Shown here: in pieces, positions 1-10,108 of the stretch
Numbering within the stretch: position 1 is the first letter of the stretch
Layout: the number at the start of each line of letters is the position of its first letter
Translations under genes and position numbers: made by a program
Assembly (NCBI GenBank): GCA_035999335.1
Contig: DASYGV010000077.1
Location: 7,064 to 71,063 of the forward strand
Direction of reading: 5' to 3'
DNA length: 64,000 nt
Source: Thermoanaerobaculia bacterium
GTDB lineage: Bacteria > Acidobacteriota > Thermoanaerobaculia > Gp7-AA8
The notes under the pieces: model-generated
Databases searched by the model: none
What the model saw: only the letters and a program-made list of their open reading frames with translations
What the model was told of the DNA's origin: nothing

Positions 1-67
1 AGCACCGCCGCACGCGCGCGGACCTGCCGGAGAACATGGTCTTCCCGCCGGAGCATTTGCCCTCGGC

Positions 68-985
68 ATGAAAGGGATGATCCTCGCCGCGGGTCTCGGC
101 ACGCGCCTGCGACCCATCACCCACACCCACCCGAAGCCGATGGTTCCGCTGTGCAACCGGCCGCTGGTCGCGTGGGCAGTGGAGTCGCTCCACGCGGCGG
201 GCGTGCACGATCTCATCGTCAACCTGCATCACCTCCCCGAAGCGATCGAGAGCTACCTGCGCTCGCGCTACGACCGCGTCGAGCTCTCGTACGAGCGGGA
301 GATCCTCGGCACCGGCGGCGCGATCCGCCGCGTGCGTCCGCTGCTCGAGAAGGAGGACTCGTTCTTCCTCGTCAACGGCGACACCGTGCAGTTCCCGCGC
401 TGGGACGCGCTGCGCGAAGCGCTCGGCGACAGCATCGCCGCGCTGACGCTGCGGCATCCGCCCGAGAACGATCGCTTCACGCCCGTGTTTCTCGCGGAGG
501 GACGCGTGACGGGATTCGGCGCAGGCCATGGCGAATCGCTGATGTTCGCCGGCTCGCATCTGATCAGCACGCGCATCTTCGAGGATCTGCCGGACGAGGA
601 AGAGTTCGGGATCGTCAACCGCGTCTACCAGCCGCTGCTCGACTCCGGCCGCGAGACCATCGGCGGGATCGTTGACGACGGTTTATGGTTCGACATCGGG
701 ACGCCGCAACGCTACGCCGCAGCGTCCCGCGCGCTGCTCGAGACGATGATCCGCGGCGAGCTCGCTCCGCCGGAGGGTTCGTATGTCGACGGCGATTCGC
801 TCGTGCACGAGACCGCCACGGGACGCGCGACGCGCTCGATCATCGGCGAGCGGACGACCATCCGCGGCGAGATCCGCGACAGCATCGTCTGGAACGACTG
901 CGTGATTGACGGCATCGTCGAGAACTGCATCGTCGCGCACGGCATGCGGGTGGAAGGCACGCATCGCGACGAAGTGATCGTGTGA
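68..985 (+). CDS. Sugar-1-phosphate nucleotidylyltransferase (NTP-transferase family)
   Basis: N-terminal MILAAGLGTRLRP..HPKPMVPL signature of glucose/mannose-1-P nucleotidyltransferases; ATG at 68; long ORF. Confidence 0.8.
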   Translation: MKGMILAAGLGTRLRPITHTHPKPMVPLCNRPLVAWAVESLHAAGVHDLIVNLHHLPEAIESYLRSRYDRVELSYEREILGTGGAIRRVRPLLEKEDSFFLVNGDTVQFPRWDALREALGDSIAALTLRHPPENDRFTPVFLAEGRVTGFGAGHGESLMFAGSHLISTRIFEDLPDEEEFGIVNRVYQPLLDSGRETIGGIVDDGLWFDIGTPQRYAAASRALLETMIRGELAPPEGSYVDGDSLVHETATGRATRSIIGERTTIRGEIRDSIVWNDCVIDGIVENCIVAHGMRVEGTHRDEVIV

Positions 986-986
986 C

Positions 987-1092
987 TCTGTCATCCTGAA
1001 GCCGCGCAGACGGCGAAGGATCTCCTGCCGATAAAACGTGACGCGTTCCAATCGGGGGGTCCTTCGCCGTCTGCGCGGCTCAGGATGACAAG
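987..1092. repeat. MITE-like palindromic element, family 1 (arms GTCATCCTGA(A)GCCGCGCAGACGGCGAAGGA)
   Basis: About 30-nt inverted arms at 990-1020 and 1060-1089. A second full copy at 14103-14208 has its interior in the inverted orientation. Half copies at 3678, 46409 and 56176. Confidence 0.7.
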
Positions 1093-3244
1093 GCCTGCGG
1101 GTGTACCATCTTCCAATCCCATGGCACCACAAGTCGACCTCCGACTCGCGCGGCGGCGTGTCATCTCGGTCTTTCTCATTCAGGGTCTGACCGGGCTGCT
1201 GGTGATGGTGTGGCTGACGTGGCTGCGTCACGATCAGACCAAAGAAGTCCTCGCCGCCCTCGGCAGCGACGCGCCGATCCTCATCGCGATCTTCGTCGTC
1301 TTCGCGACGACGCTCGCGTTCCTCAAGTTCGAGCTCACCGACTTGGTCTACGTCGCGCTGGTCATCACCGCGTACATGGCCATGTTCCCGCTCCTCGGGA
1401 TCGTGCTGTCGTCGTGGATCGCGGTGGGCGTCTCGGTCGGCACGCGCATCCTCGCGCTGCAGCAGATCGGTCCCGCGAAGATGGCGCGGCAGGACCCGGT
1501 CACCGACTGGGTGAAGGCATTCGGGCTCTTCGGCACGTACGGCATCCCCGTCGTCGTCGCCGCGTCGCTCTACGAATTCCTCGGCGGTACGTTCCCGGTG
1601 ATGGACGCGACTCCCGCGAACGCCGCGCGCATCGTGGTCGGCGGCGTGGCGCTCGTCCTCACCAACAGCCTGTTCATGTTCCTACCGCAGCGCGCCTACG
1701 GCTATTCGCTCGACAAGATCCTGCAGGTCTACCTCATCGACGGCGGCATCTCGCTGATCGCGCTGCCCTACGCCGTCGTCACGTCGCTCTCGTTCGGAAC
1801 CATCGGTTGGGGAGGAGTCGTCGCGCTCGCGTTCACCGGCACGGTCGCGAACTGGATCGCGCGCAAGCTCGCGCTCACGCGCTCGAAGACCAACGACTTG
1901 CTGCAGCGGCTCGCGTCGCTGACGAACATCGGCAAGACCATCTCGCTCCGCTACACGACCGACGAGCTGCTGATGGCGATCTATACCGAATGCCGCACGG
2001 CCATCGACTGCACGCTCTTTTCGATCGCGCTGCTGAACGAATCGACGAATGAGCTGGCGTTCGAGCTCGACGTCCGCGACGGCCAGGTCCTGCCGAAAGA
2101 CCGCATCCCTCTCGGCGAGGGACTCAACTCCTGGGTGGTGCAGCACCATCAGCCGCTCCTCCTCGGCAGCACCGCGGAAGAGCGCCGCTTCGGCGTGAAG
2201 GCGGTCGTGGACACGAAAGCGACGGAATCGTGGCTCGGCGTGCCGATGATCGCGCGCGACCGCGTGGTCGGCGTCATCGCCATCGAGAGCTTTCGCAAGA
2301 ACGCGTTCACCGCGGACGACCTGATCCTTCTCACCGCGATCGCGAACCAGGCCGCGGTCGCGATCGAAAACGCGCATCTCTACCGCGATCTCGAAGGGCT
2401 CACCTACGCGCTCGAAGCGCGCGTGACCGAGCGGACGAACGAGCTGCGCGAGGCGAACTTGCGTCTCCTCGCCGCGGATCGATCCAAAAACCAGTTCCTC
2501 GCGAACATGTCGCACGAGCTGCGCACGCCCCTCAACTCGATCATCGGCTTCTCCAGCGTGCTGATCGAGGCCGCGCGCGGCGCACTCTCCCCGCGCTTGC
2601 ATCGATTTCTCGAGAACATCCACGCCGCCGGCAATCACCTGCTCGAGCTGATCAACGACATCCTCGACCTCTCGAAGATCGAGGCCGGGAAGATGGAGCT
2701 GCGCGCCGACCACTTCGATCTCCACGAGACCATCGCCGCCGTCGAGCGCGTGATGCGAGGCGTGGCCGCGGAAGCGAAGGTACAGATCCTCTCGAAGATC
2801 GATCCCGCGCTGCCGAAGGTTCGCCTCGACGAGGGACGGCTCAAGCAGATCCTCTTCAACCTGCTGTCGAACGCGGTGAAGTTCTCTCCCGCGGGCGGGA
2901 TCGTCGTCATCACCTGCCGCCTGGTGTCCGAGGAAGAGTCGCCGCTGCAGATCGAGACAGTGCGCATCGACGTCGCGGACCAGGGCATCGGCATTCCACC
3001 GGACGAGCTGCAGCGGATCTTCGGCGAGTTCTATCAGACCGAAGATGGACGCCGCGCGCGCACGGGCGGCACGGGCCTGGGACTATCGCTGACACGGAAC
3101 TTCGTCGAGCTGCATCACGGGCGAATCGACGTGCAGTCCAAACCCGGCCATGGGTCGACGTTTTCTCTCTACCTGCCCATCGATTTCACCGTTGCGGTTG
3201 CCGCGGCTTCCGGCGGCACGGTGGTGCGCGCCCATATGCAATAA
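1085..3244 (+). CDS. Membrane sensor histidine kinase (multi-TM N-terminus, GAF, HisKA, HATPase_c)
   Basis: Hydrophobic N-terminal about 250 aa; GAF-like block ending AIENAHLY; H-box MSHELRTPLNSIIGF; GGTGLGLSL ATP lid. The annotated ATG lies inside the repeat arm, so the true start is uncertain. Confidence 0.85.
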   Translation: MTRPAGVPSSNPMAPQVDLRLARRRVISVFLIQGLTGLLVMVWLTWLRHDQTKEVLAALGSDAPILIAIFVVFATTLAFLKFELTDLVYVALVITAYMAMFPLLGIVLSSWIAVGVSVGTRILALQQIGPAKMARQDPVTDWVKAFGLFGTYGIPVVVAASLYEFLGGTFPVMDATPANAARIVVGGVALVLTNSLFMFLPQRAYGYSLDKILQVYLIDGGISLIALPYAVVTSLSFGTIGWGGVVALAFTGTVANWIARKLALTRSKTNDLLQRLASLTNIGKTISLRYTTDELLMAIYTECRTAIDCTLFSIALLNESTNELAFELDVRDGQVLPKDRIPLGEGLNSWVVQHHQPLLLGSTAEERRFGVKAVVDTKATESWLGVPMIARDRVVGVIAIESFRKNAFTADDLILLTAIANQAAVAIENAHLYRDLEGLTYALEARVTERTNELREANLRLLAADRSKNQFLANMSHELRTPLNSIIGFSSVLIEAARGALSPRLHRFLENIHAAGNHLLELINDILDLSKIEAGKMELRADHFDLHETIAAVERVMRGVAAEAKVQILSKIDPALPKVRLDEGRLKQILFNLLSNAVKFSPAGGIVVITCRLVSEEESPLQIETVRIDVADQGIGIPPDELQRIFGEFYQTEDGRRARTGGTGLGLSLTRNFVELHHGRIDVQSKPGHGSTFSLYLPIDFTVAVAAASGGTVVRAHMQ

Positions 3245-3254
3245 TCCGCGCCCT

Positions 3255-3671
3255 ATGTCCAACCGTACGTTCACGATCATCAAACCCGACTCGGTGCGCA
3301 AAGGAAACTTCGGCAAGATCATCAGCCGCATCGAGGCCTCGGGCTTCCGCATCCTCGGCGTCAAAAAACTCGCGCTCTCGCAGCGCCAGGCGCAGGCGTT
3401 TTACGCCGTCCACAAGGAACGCCCGTTCTACGGCAGTCTCGTCGAGTACATGACCTCGGGGCCGGTGTACATCGCCGCGCTCGAAGGCAACGACGCCGTC
3501 GCCAGCCTCCGCAAGCTCATGGGCGCAACCGATCCGACCAAGGCCGACGACGGCACGATCCGCAAGGAGTTCGGCGAGTCGATCGAGCAGAACGCGATCC
3601 ACGGCTCCGACTCGGACGAGAACGCGAACATCGAGATCGCGTTCTTCTTCGCGGAGTCGGAACTCGTTTAG
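3255..3671 (+). CDS. ndk: Nucleoside diphosphate kinase
   Basis: MSNRTFTIIKPDSV...NAIHGSDS signature; ATG at 3255 (internal Met of ORF 3150-3671). Confidence 0.95.
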   Translation: MSNRTFTIIKPDSVRKGNFGKIISRIEASGFRILGVKKLALSQRQAQAFYAVHKERPFYGSLVEYMTSGPVYIAALEGNDAVASLRKLMGATDPTKADDGTIRKEFGESIEQNAIHGSDSDENANIEIAFFFAESELV

Positions 3672-3677
3672 CTTGCT

Positions 3678-3737
3678 GTCATCCTGAGCTGCGGAGACAG
3701 CGAAGGAACCCATCGCAAGCGCGGAGGAGGTCCTTCA
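3678..3737. repeat. Partial/degenerate family-1 palindromic element
   Basis: GTCATCCTGAGCTGCGGAGACAGCGAAGGAA left arm. The right arm decays after TCCTTC and overlaps the stop of the convergent gene. Confidence 0.45.
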
Positions 3738-5897
3738 CCGCGTCGCCCTCCGCTTCCCCGGCCGCACGAACGTCGTGATCAACCTTCCCCGCCCGCCCGT
3801 CGCGAGCGCGAAGTTGCGCTCGAGCAGCGTGCGCCACTCGTTCAGCTTTGCCACCTCCGCGTCCGTCGCGGCGACGCCATCCTCCGTCACGAGCACGAAC
3901 GCCACGCGGAACTGCCGCTGACTGAGCGCCGTCGACGGAATGCGCGCGCCGTGCACGGCCGTGATCTGGCCGACTTGCACCTCGCGCTTCTCGCCGTATG
4001 CAACCGCGCCTTCCTGCGGCCAGTACTCGCGCGGCAGGTTCGTGCCCGCGAGGTAGAACCACGGCGGCACTTCCACCGGCGCCGCGAGTCCCATCAAATA
4101 CAAATCCGTCCAGCTGTAGCCCATGTTCGCCGCGTGCGCGCGATGCGAGCCGTCCGGCTGCGGCGTGAAGTACGCGCCGCCCATCACGCTCGATTCATCG
4201 CTCCCGTACACCACGAACGCCGCCGGCGTGTGCACGTACGCCGCGGGATGCGCGCTCACCGGATTGAGCGAGCGCGCCGCCCCGCCGTTTTCGGCGATCG
4301 TGAAGAAGTACAACCAGCGATGACCGAACTCGTGCAGCATCACCTTCGACGCCGTCTGCTCCGCCGCGCTGTAGTTGTACGTGAGCTGATTCATGTGCAG
4401 CAGCGTCGGCGCGCGCGTCGCGTGAGAGCCGTAGCCCGGAGAAAACGGCGCGATGCCGTCCACCTGCGGGTTTCCGCCCGTCGCGTACGCGCCGGCGTAG
4501 AAGATCATGTCGGTGAAGTACGTCTGATACATCGCCACACCGTCGTAGTCCCAATTGCTGAGGCCATACGACGACTGAACGAGGTCCCACGCGCGGTGCG
4601 GATCGAACGCGCCGAGGAGGAACGGTTCCGCGATCGGCACGTTGAGCTGCGTGTTCTGAGCGACCGCGGAGAGATCGCTCGCCACAGGCCGTGGCGCCGG
4701 CGTGTACGGAATGCTCAATACCGACGAATCGGTCGTGCGCCCGAGCGGCCGGTAAAACGTGATCACGCGCACCGAGACCTCGGCATCGCGCTGCACGCCA
4801 TAGATCTCCAGAACGTTGCCGTCGACGTTCACCGACGCGCCGTCGTTCTCGTAACGAAACCCGGTGAACGAGACCACGCGCGTGTTCACGCGATCGATCT
4901 CGATCGCCGCGCTCTCGACGCCGATCGTCGCCTGGTATCCGAGGACCTGCCCGTCCGCGAGCTTCGTGCGATCGATCGCGTCGCCCAGCGTGATGCGGAT
5001 CGCGAACAGATCGGAGTCGGCCAGGCGCTCGACGTCGACGCGCCGCATGTCGAGCATCGGACGGAGCATCTCCGGGACGGAGCCGGTGACGTCGTTCGCG
5101 TTGTCCTGCACGGCGTTCAGCGCGGTGCGCGTCACGTGCGCGGGATCGAAGCCCGGCGAGAGGATCGGGGTGCCCCAACGCATCCCGGTGACCGAGCGGT
5201 ACGAGTACGTCACCGTGCCGTCGCTGGCGAGCTTCGCCTGGATGTCGTAGCCAAATGGCGCGTTCGCCGTGCTGCGCCACGTGATGATCACGGCGCCGGG
5301 ACGATGGTCGACGTACACGCGCGGGTAGTCGAGATAGCGCGGCTTGCTGACCGTGATCATCAGCGGGGAAAGCACGGGCGTGCGATGCACTCCTGCCTCG
5401 ATCGCATCGAATTGCGTTCCTTTCTGCTCGCCCGGCGTGTAGATGTGGATGCTGTTGAACGCGGTGATGAAGACGCGCGACACGCTCTGACCAAACAGGG
5501 GAAACGCGAACGGAAGATCGACCGCGAAGTAGTGCCAGCCCGGGCCGGTCGCGGTCAGAAAATCGGCTACAGGCTGATTGAACGGCTCGACGTACTGCAG
5601 CGGCTCGCGGCGCATGGTGAACGCCGCGTCGCCCGCGCGCGTGAAAACGAGCGACTGGCCGGCGAGGTCGAATGGCCGATAGCCCGGCGTGATGGTTTCG
5701 TCGTTCTGAAGATAGAACGCGCCCTCGCGCAGAGTCGCGACGCGTGTCGAATCGGTCGCCAGCGTTGCTATCCGCGCACGCGTCCGCTCGTGGATTCCGC
5801 GAACGCGCAGGTCGTTTTCGGGACTCGTACCGCACATCGGCTCGGCGGCACGAGCGGCTACGGCCAACAGCAACCACGACAGCAGGGCGAGACGCAT
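3735..5897 (-). CDS. Exported protein with HExxH motif (putative secreted zinc metalloprotease)
   Basis: Signal peptide MRLALLSWLLLAVAARAAEP; MLHEFGHRW motif; 720-aa ORF. Confidence 0.6.
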   Translation of the reverse strand: MRLALLSWLLLAVAARAAEPMCGTSPENDLRVRGIHERTRARIATLATDSTRVATLREGAFYLQNDETITPGYRPFDLAGQSLVFTRAGDAAFTMRREPLQYVEPFNQPVADFLTATGPGWHYFAVDLPFAFPLFGQSVSRVFITAFNSIHIYTPGEQKGTQFDAIEAGVHRTPVLSPLMITVSKPRYLDYPRVYVDHRPGAVIITWRSTANAPFGYDIQAKLASDGTVTYSYRSVTGMRWGTPILSPGFDPAHVTRTALNAVQDNANDVTGSVPEMLRPMLDMRRVDVERLADSDLFAIRITLGDAIDRTKLADGQVLGYQATIGVESAAIEIDRVNTRVVSFTGFRYENDGASVNVDGNVLEIYGVQRDAEVSVRVITFYRPLGRTTDSSVLSIPYTPAPRPVASDLSAVAQNTQLNVPIAEPFLLGAFDPHRAWDLVQSSYGLSNWDYDGVAMYQTYFTDMIFYAGAYATGGNPQVDGIAPFSPGYGSHATRAPTLLHMNQLTYNYSAAEQTASKVMLHEFGHRWLYFFTIAENGGAARSLNPVSAHPAAYVHTPAAFVVYGSDESSVMGGAYFTPQPDGSHRAHAANMGYSWTDLYLMGLAAPVEVPPWFYLAGTNLPREYWPQEGAVAYGEKREVQVGQITAVHGARIPSTALSQRQFRVAFVLVTEDGVAATDAEVAKLNEWRTLLERNFALATGGRGRLITTFVRPGKRRATR

Positions 5898-5938
5898 GGG
5901 GCTTCCTCCGGGGATGACTTCGCATACTCTAACCGGAA

Positions 5939-7339
5939 GTGAAGGAACAGCCCGAACGGCAGGAGTACGGCGAATACGTGATCGAGTCCTTCCTCGGCAA
6001 GGGCTCCATCGGCAAGGTGTGGCTGGCGCGGCATCGCCGCATCGGACGCCGCGTTGCGCTCAAGACCGTGCATCTCGAACAGAAATTCGAGGACGACACG
6101 GACCGCGACGAGTTCTACAAGCGCCTGCAGCGCGAAGCCGAGCTCTGCGGCGCGATGCAGCATCCGAACATCGTCACGCTCTACGACGTCGGCTACGACG
6201 GTGAGCTGGTCTCGTACTTCGCGACCGAATACGTCGACGGCGAGTCGCTTCTCGCGCGGTTGCGGCGCACGCGGCCGCTCCCTCTTGCGGAGGCGCTGTC
6301 GATCGCCGCGGACGTGCTGCGCGGTCTCGTGTACGCGAACTCGAAGGGGATCATCCACCGCGACATCAAGCCCGCGAACATCCTCCTCACCTCGGAGGGG
6401 CAGGCGAAGATCGCCGACTTCGGCGTCGCGCGTCCGCTGCACTCGAGCCTCACCGCCACGCGCTCGCTCGTCGGCACGCCGAATTACATGTCGCCCGAGC
6501 AGGTGAAGACGAATCCCGTGTCGACGCGCTCCGATCTCTTCTCCGCGGGCGTGGTGATGTACGAGATGCTCAGCGGCGTGAAGCCGTTCGGATCGCCGGA
6601 TCTGAGCGGCATCCTCTATAACGTCGTCAATCACGCGCCGCCGCTCGTGAGCGAGGTCAATCCGTCGGTGCCGGAATCGCTGGCGCGCATCATCGCGAAG
6701 CTGCTCCAGAAACAACCCGAGGATCGCTACGCGAGCGCCGCGGAAGCGCTGACGGATCTCAATGCCGTGCTGCGCGAACCGGCGACCTCGGCGGTGCTCG
6801 GCTCGGAGACCATGGCCGTCACTCCGCACGACGTGACCTCGCCGCTGTCGACGGTCGTCGATACGGCGAACCGGTCCTCGATCGTGCGGCGCCCCGTGCC
6901 GGCGGCGATGTTCTGGCTGATCACCGTGCTGCTCGCGTCGGGACTTACCGGGGCCGTGGTGACGCTGCGCAAGAAAGTCGAGCGTCAGCAGCCGACCGCG
7001 GTGATCACGCCCGCGCAGATCGCGCGAGCGGAATTGAAGGAGCGCGAGCTCGCCGCCGCACGCGCGCACGTTCGCGCGGGACGTTACGCCGAGGCGATCA
7101 CGGCGTACGACTTGCTCCTCGTGCGGCATCCCGAGAACCTCACCGCGCGTCACGAGCGCGAGGAAACGAAACGCCTCTTCGAGATCTCGATGCCGAAGGC
7201 GGAAGTGACGAAGGTCGCGAAGAAATCGTCGCGCGAAAAAGTCGAGACGGCCGAAGCGATACCTCCGGAGCCGGAGAAAAAGGTCTCGCGCTGGGAGCGC
7301 TTCAAGCGCTGGTGGCGCGCGGGCGGAGAGAAGAAGTGA
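5939..7339 (+). CDS. Hanks-type Ser/Thr protein kinase with one TM segment and a C-terminal helical tail
   Basis: GKGSIGKV..ALK, HRDIKPANILL, DFG, GTPNYMSPE motifs; TM segment MFWLITVLLASGLTGAVV; GTG start at 5939. Confidence 0.85.
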   Translation: MKEQPERQEYGEYVIESFLGKGSIGKVWLARHRRIGRRVALKTVHLEQKFEDDTDRDEFYKRLQREAELCGAMQHPNIVTLYDVGYDGELVSYFATEYVDGESLLARLRRTRPLPLAEALSIAADVLRGLVYANSKGIIHRDIKPANILLTSEGQAKIADFGVARPLHSSLTATRSLVGTPNYMSPEQVKTNPVSTRSDLFSAGVVMYEMLSGVKPFGSPDLSGILYNVVNHAPPLVSEVNPSVPESLARIIAKLLQKQPEDRYASAAEALTDLNAVLREPATSAVLGSETMAVTPHDVTSPLSTVVDTANRSSIVRRPVPAAMFWLITVLLASGLTGAVVTLRKKVERQQPTAVITPAQIARAELKERELAAARAHVRAGRYAEAITAYDLLLVRHPENLTARHEREETKRLFEISMPKAEVTKVAKKSSREKVETAEAIPPEPEKKVSRWERFKRWWRAGGEKK

Positions 7340-7340
7340 T

Positions 7341-8246
7341 CTAGGCGTCCGCGGTGCGCAGCGCACGCAGCACCCGATGCCAACGCGCCCGCTCGAGATA
7401 CCACACCAGCGCGATGATCGTCGGCAGCACCGAGAAGACGAGCAGCATCTTCGCCACGCCTTCGATCTGCGGCGCGTAGCCAAGCCGGATCTGCACATCG
7501 AGCGCGACGACCTCCAGGTCGTTCATCAGCGCGCCGCCTTTGCCGCGGCGGTACCACTCCAGGAACTCCTGATCGTGGATCAGCCGCCACGCGAAGAGCG
7601 TGCTGTGGATCTGCACGAAGAACGCGACGAACGCGCCGAGGGGACGCTCGAAACCGGGCGCGCGCCAGCCGACGCCGGCCAGCGCCTTGTAGAAGAGGAT
7701 GCCGGCGAGGATGAACTCCGCGAGATGGCCGGCCGACGCGAACGCGATCTCGCGCCGCCACTCTTTCGTCACGAAGAACAGCCACACTAGAAAAATCACC
7801 GCGACGATTGCGACGCTTTTCTTGTTCTCGCGGAACAGCCACACGAGATACGCGAAGCCGCACGCGACGGCCACGGCGATCGAAAGGCGGAACGGACCGT
7901 GATGCGTCATCCCGCCGCCGTAGACGAAATCGAACGCCGGAATCGACGCATATCCGAAGAGCCATCCCGCGGCGGCGTGGCCGAATTCGTGGAAGAGCGT
8001 GACGATCGCGGAGAAGACGAAGCGGGTGAACGGCAGCGCGTAGACGACGATCGCCGCGAGCAGCCCGACGCCCAGGATCTTCCGCTCAGACGGCCCGATC
8101 CGTCCGTCGCCGATGCGCTCTTCCTCGATGACGTACGGACGAGGCATCGGCGCGCGCGAGTGCGAAGCCCTCGAGAAGATCACGCCGCAGCGCTCACACT
8201 CGAGCGCGCCGAACGCGGCGGTGTGTCCGCACTTGGGGCAGTCCAT
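7341..8246 (-). CDS. Zinc-ribbon plus polytopic membrane metalloprotease (M50B-like, HEFGH)
   Basis: N-terminal CPKCGH..CERCG zinc ribbon; several hydrophobic helices; TLFHEFGHAAAGW motif. Confidence 0.65.
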   Translation of the reverse strand: MDCPKCGHTAAFGALECERCGVIFSRASHSRAPMPRPYVIEEERIGDGRIGPSERKILGVGLLAAIVVYALPFTRFVFSAIVTLFHEFGHAAAGWLFGYASIPAFDFVYGGGMTHHGPFRLSIAVAVACGFAYLVWLFRENKKSVAIVAVIFLVWLFFVTKEWRREIAFASAGHLAEFILAGILFYKALAGVGWRAPGFERPLGAFVAFFVQIHSTLFAWRLIHDQEFLEWYRRGKGGALMNDLEVVALDVQIRLGYAPQIEGVAKMLLVFSVLPTIIALVWYLERARWHRVLRALRTADA

Positions 8247-8267
8247 TGGGGAGGATTGTAAAGGCGC

Positions 8268-9083
8268 TCACCGCCGCGAGGCGCGCCACATCGTGTGCTC
8301 GCGCGACATCGCGCCTTCCGCGTTCGCCACGAACGTCCCCCATGCTTCCTCCCCGTCCACGCCATCGACGCGTGACGCGATGATCGCGAGCTCCTCCGCC
8401 GCAACCGAATACGCCGCCGCGAGACTCTCGTACTGGCGCGTCTGCGTCCACGCCGCCGCAGCCGCGCCGATCGCGCCGACGATGCCGAAGAGGTCGAAAT
8501 CGATCCTGCCCATCGCCCGCAGCAGCGCGGCGACGAACGCTCCCGCCTCGACGAGCACGAGCACGATCGACCACACGCGCGCGTGACGCTCGTTCACGCG
8601 CGCGTTCTTCGTGTACCAACCAAACTGATCCTCGATGCGCTCACGCCGGTACAGATCGCGACGCGCCTCGAGCGACGACGTGCGCGCCCGTTTCATCTCT
8701 TCGCGCGGTTCTTCGGATTGGCCGAAAATGTCCTGTAGGCGCTGCCCAAACAGCGCATCGGGATCGCTCACATCCTGCGTGAATGGCGCGCCGCCGACCG
8801 AGTACCGCCACGCCAGCGTCTTCACCGATTCCGCCCCCGCGCGTTCGTCGTACCACGTGCGCTCCGGACGGCGCCGGACCACCACCAGTTCGAGCGCGAG
8901 CGCGATCCCGAACACGACCGCCACCGCGATCTCCGCCTCGCGCATCGTCATCTCGGCCAGCACGCCGGCGATGCACAACGCGAACAGCCGTGCGCCGGAC
9001 ATGCGGAAGAACGCGTTCTGCGCGCGCTCCGAGGCCTCGTCGGCCGCGTGGAACAACTGTGGAAAATTCGATTGCAAAGGCAT
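8268..9083 (-). CDS. SLATT/DUF4231-like protein with two 2TM modules
   Basis: Internal ATG at 9083 of ORF 8268-10190. Two hydrophobic hairpins (LFALCIAGVL..VAVVFGIALALELVV and VWSIVLVLVEAGAFVAALL..FGIVGAIGAAAAAW). GWYTKNARVNERHAR...QYESLAAAYSVAAEEL pattern as in DUF4231. Confidence 0.55.
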   Translation of the reverse strand: MPLQSNFPQLFHAADEASERAQNAFFRMSGARLFALCIAGVLAEMTMREAEIAVAVVFGIALALELVVVRRRPERTWYDERAGAESVKTLAWRYSVGGAPFTQDVSDPDALFGQRLQDIFGQSEEPREEMKRARTSSLEARRDLYRRERIEDQFGWYTKNARVNERHARVWSIVLVLVEAGAFVAALLRAMGRIDFDLFGIVGAIGAAAAAWTQTRQYESLAAAYSVAAEELAIIASRVDGVDGEEAWGTFVANAEGAMSREHTMWRASRR

Positions 9084-9104
9084 GCCCGCATTATCCTCAC
9101 GCGC

Positions 9105-10106
9105 ATGTGGATGATCTACGGGGCCAATGGCTACACGGGCGAGCTCACCGCACGCGAGGCGGTGCGGCGCGGACAACGTCCCATCCTCGCGGGCCGCAAC
9201 GCCGCGGCGATCGAGTCGCTCGCGCGCGAGCTCGGATGCGAGTCGCGCGTGTTCGATCTCGCCGCGCCGCGGCTCGAAGGCGTGAAGGCCGTGCTGCTCT
9301 GCGCCGGTCCGTTCATTCACACGAGCAAAGCGATGGTGAACGCATGCCTCGCCGCGGGCGTGCACTACCTCGACATCACCGGCGAGATCGCGGTGTTCGA
9401 GTCCGTGTTCCGCCGCGACGCCGAGGCGAAGCAGCGCGGCATCGCACTCCTGCCCGGCGTCGGCTTCGACGTCGTCCCGACCGACTGCCTCGCGGCCATG
9501 CTGCACGCGAAGCTTCCCGACGCGAACGAGCTCTGGCTCGCGTTCTCGTCGCGCAGCGGCGTCAGTCGCGGGACGATGAAGACGATGGTCGAAGGCATGG
9601 GATGGGGAAGCGCCATCCGCAAGGACGGAAAGATCACGCGCGTTCCGCAGGCGTGGGACGTGCGCGAGATCCCGTATCCCTCGGGGCCGCGGGTGTCGAT
9701 GACGATTCCGTGGGGGGACATCGCGACCGCGTACCGATCGACCGGCATCCCGAACATCCGCGTCTACTCCGCGCAGTCGCGGCGCGCCGTTGCGCGCATC
9801 CGGCGCATCCGGCCATTCATGCCGCTGCTGCGCCTGAAGCCGATTCAGCGCATCGCGCAGCGTTGGGCGGACAAGACCGAAGGACCGTCCGAGGAGCAGC
9901 GCGCGAAGGCGCGGGTGGAGTTGTGGGGACGCGTCACCAACGCGCGCGGCGACGAGCAAACGATGACGATGACCGTTGACGAGGGCTACAACTTCACCGT
10001 GAAGTCGTCGATCGCCGCGGTCGCGCGCGTGCTCACATCGACGACGTTGTCCGGCGCGCTCACTCCGTCGATGGCGTTCGGCGCGAATTTCGTGAACGAG
10101 GTGTAG
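9105..10106 (+). CDS. Saccharopine dehydrogenase-like NAD(P)-binding protein
   Basis: MIYGANGYTGELTAREA Rossmann N-terminus; ATG at 9105. Confidence 0.7.
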   Translation: MWMIYGANGYTGELTAREAVRRGQRPILAGRNAAAIESLARELGCESRVFDLAAPRLEGVKAVLLCAGPFIHTSKAMVNACLAAGVHYLDITGEIAVFESVFRRDAEAKQRGIALLPGVGFDVVPTDCLAAMLHAKLPDANELWLAFSSRSGVSRGTMKTMVEGMGWGSAIRKDGKITRVPQAWDVREIPYPSGPRVSMTIPWGDIATAYRSTGIPNIRVYSAQSRRAVARIRRIRPFMPLLRLKPIQRIAQRWADKTEGPSEEQRAKARVELWGRVTNARGDEQTMTMTVDEGYNFTVKSSIAAVARVLTSTTLSGALTPSMAFGANFVNEV

Positions 10107-10108
10107 CA

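Noticed and set aside
3951-5942. 663-aa plus-strand ORF (and the 576-aa minus-strand ORF 4195-5925) overlapping the 720-aa exported protein gene
   Set aside because: Arg/Ala/His/Pro-rich low-complexity translations with no motifs. These are typical shadow ORFs of high-GC DNA. The 3735-5897 frame has a signal peptide and an HExxH motif.
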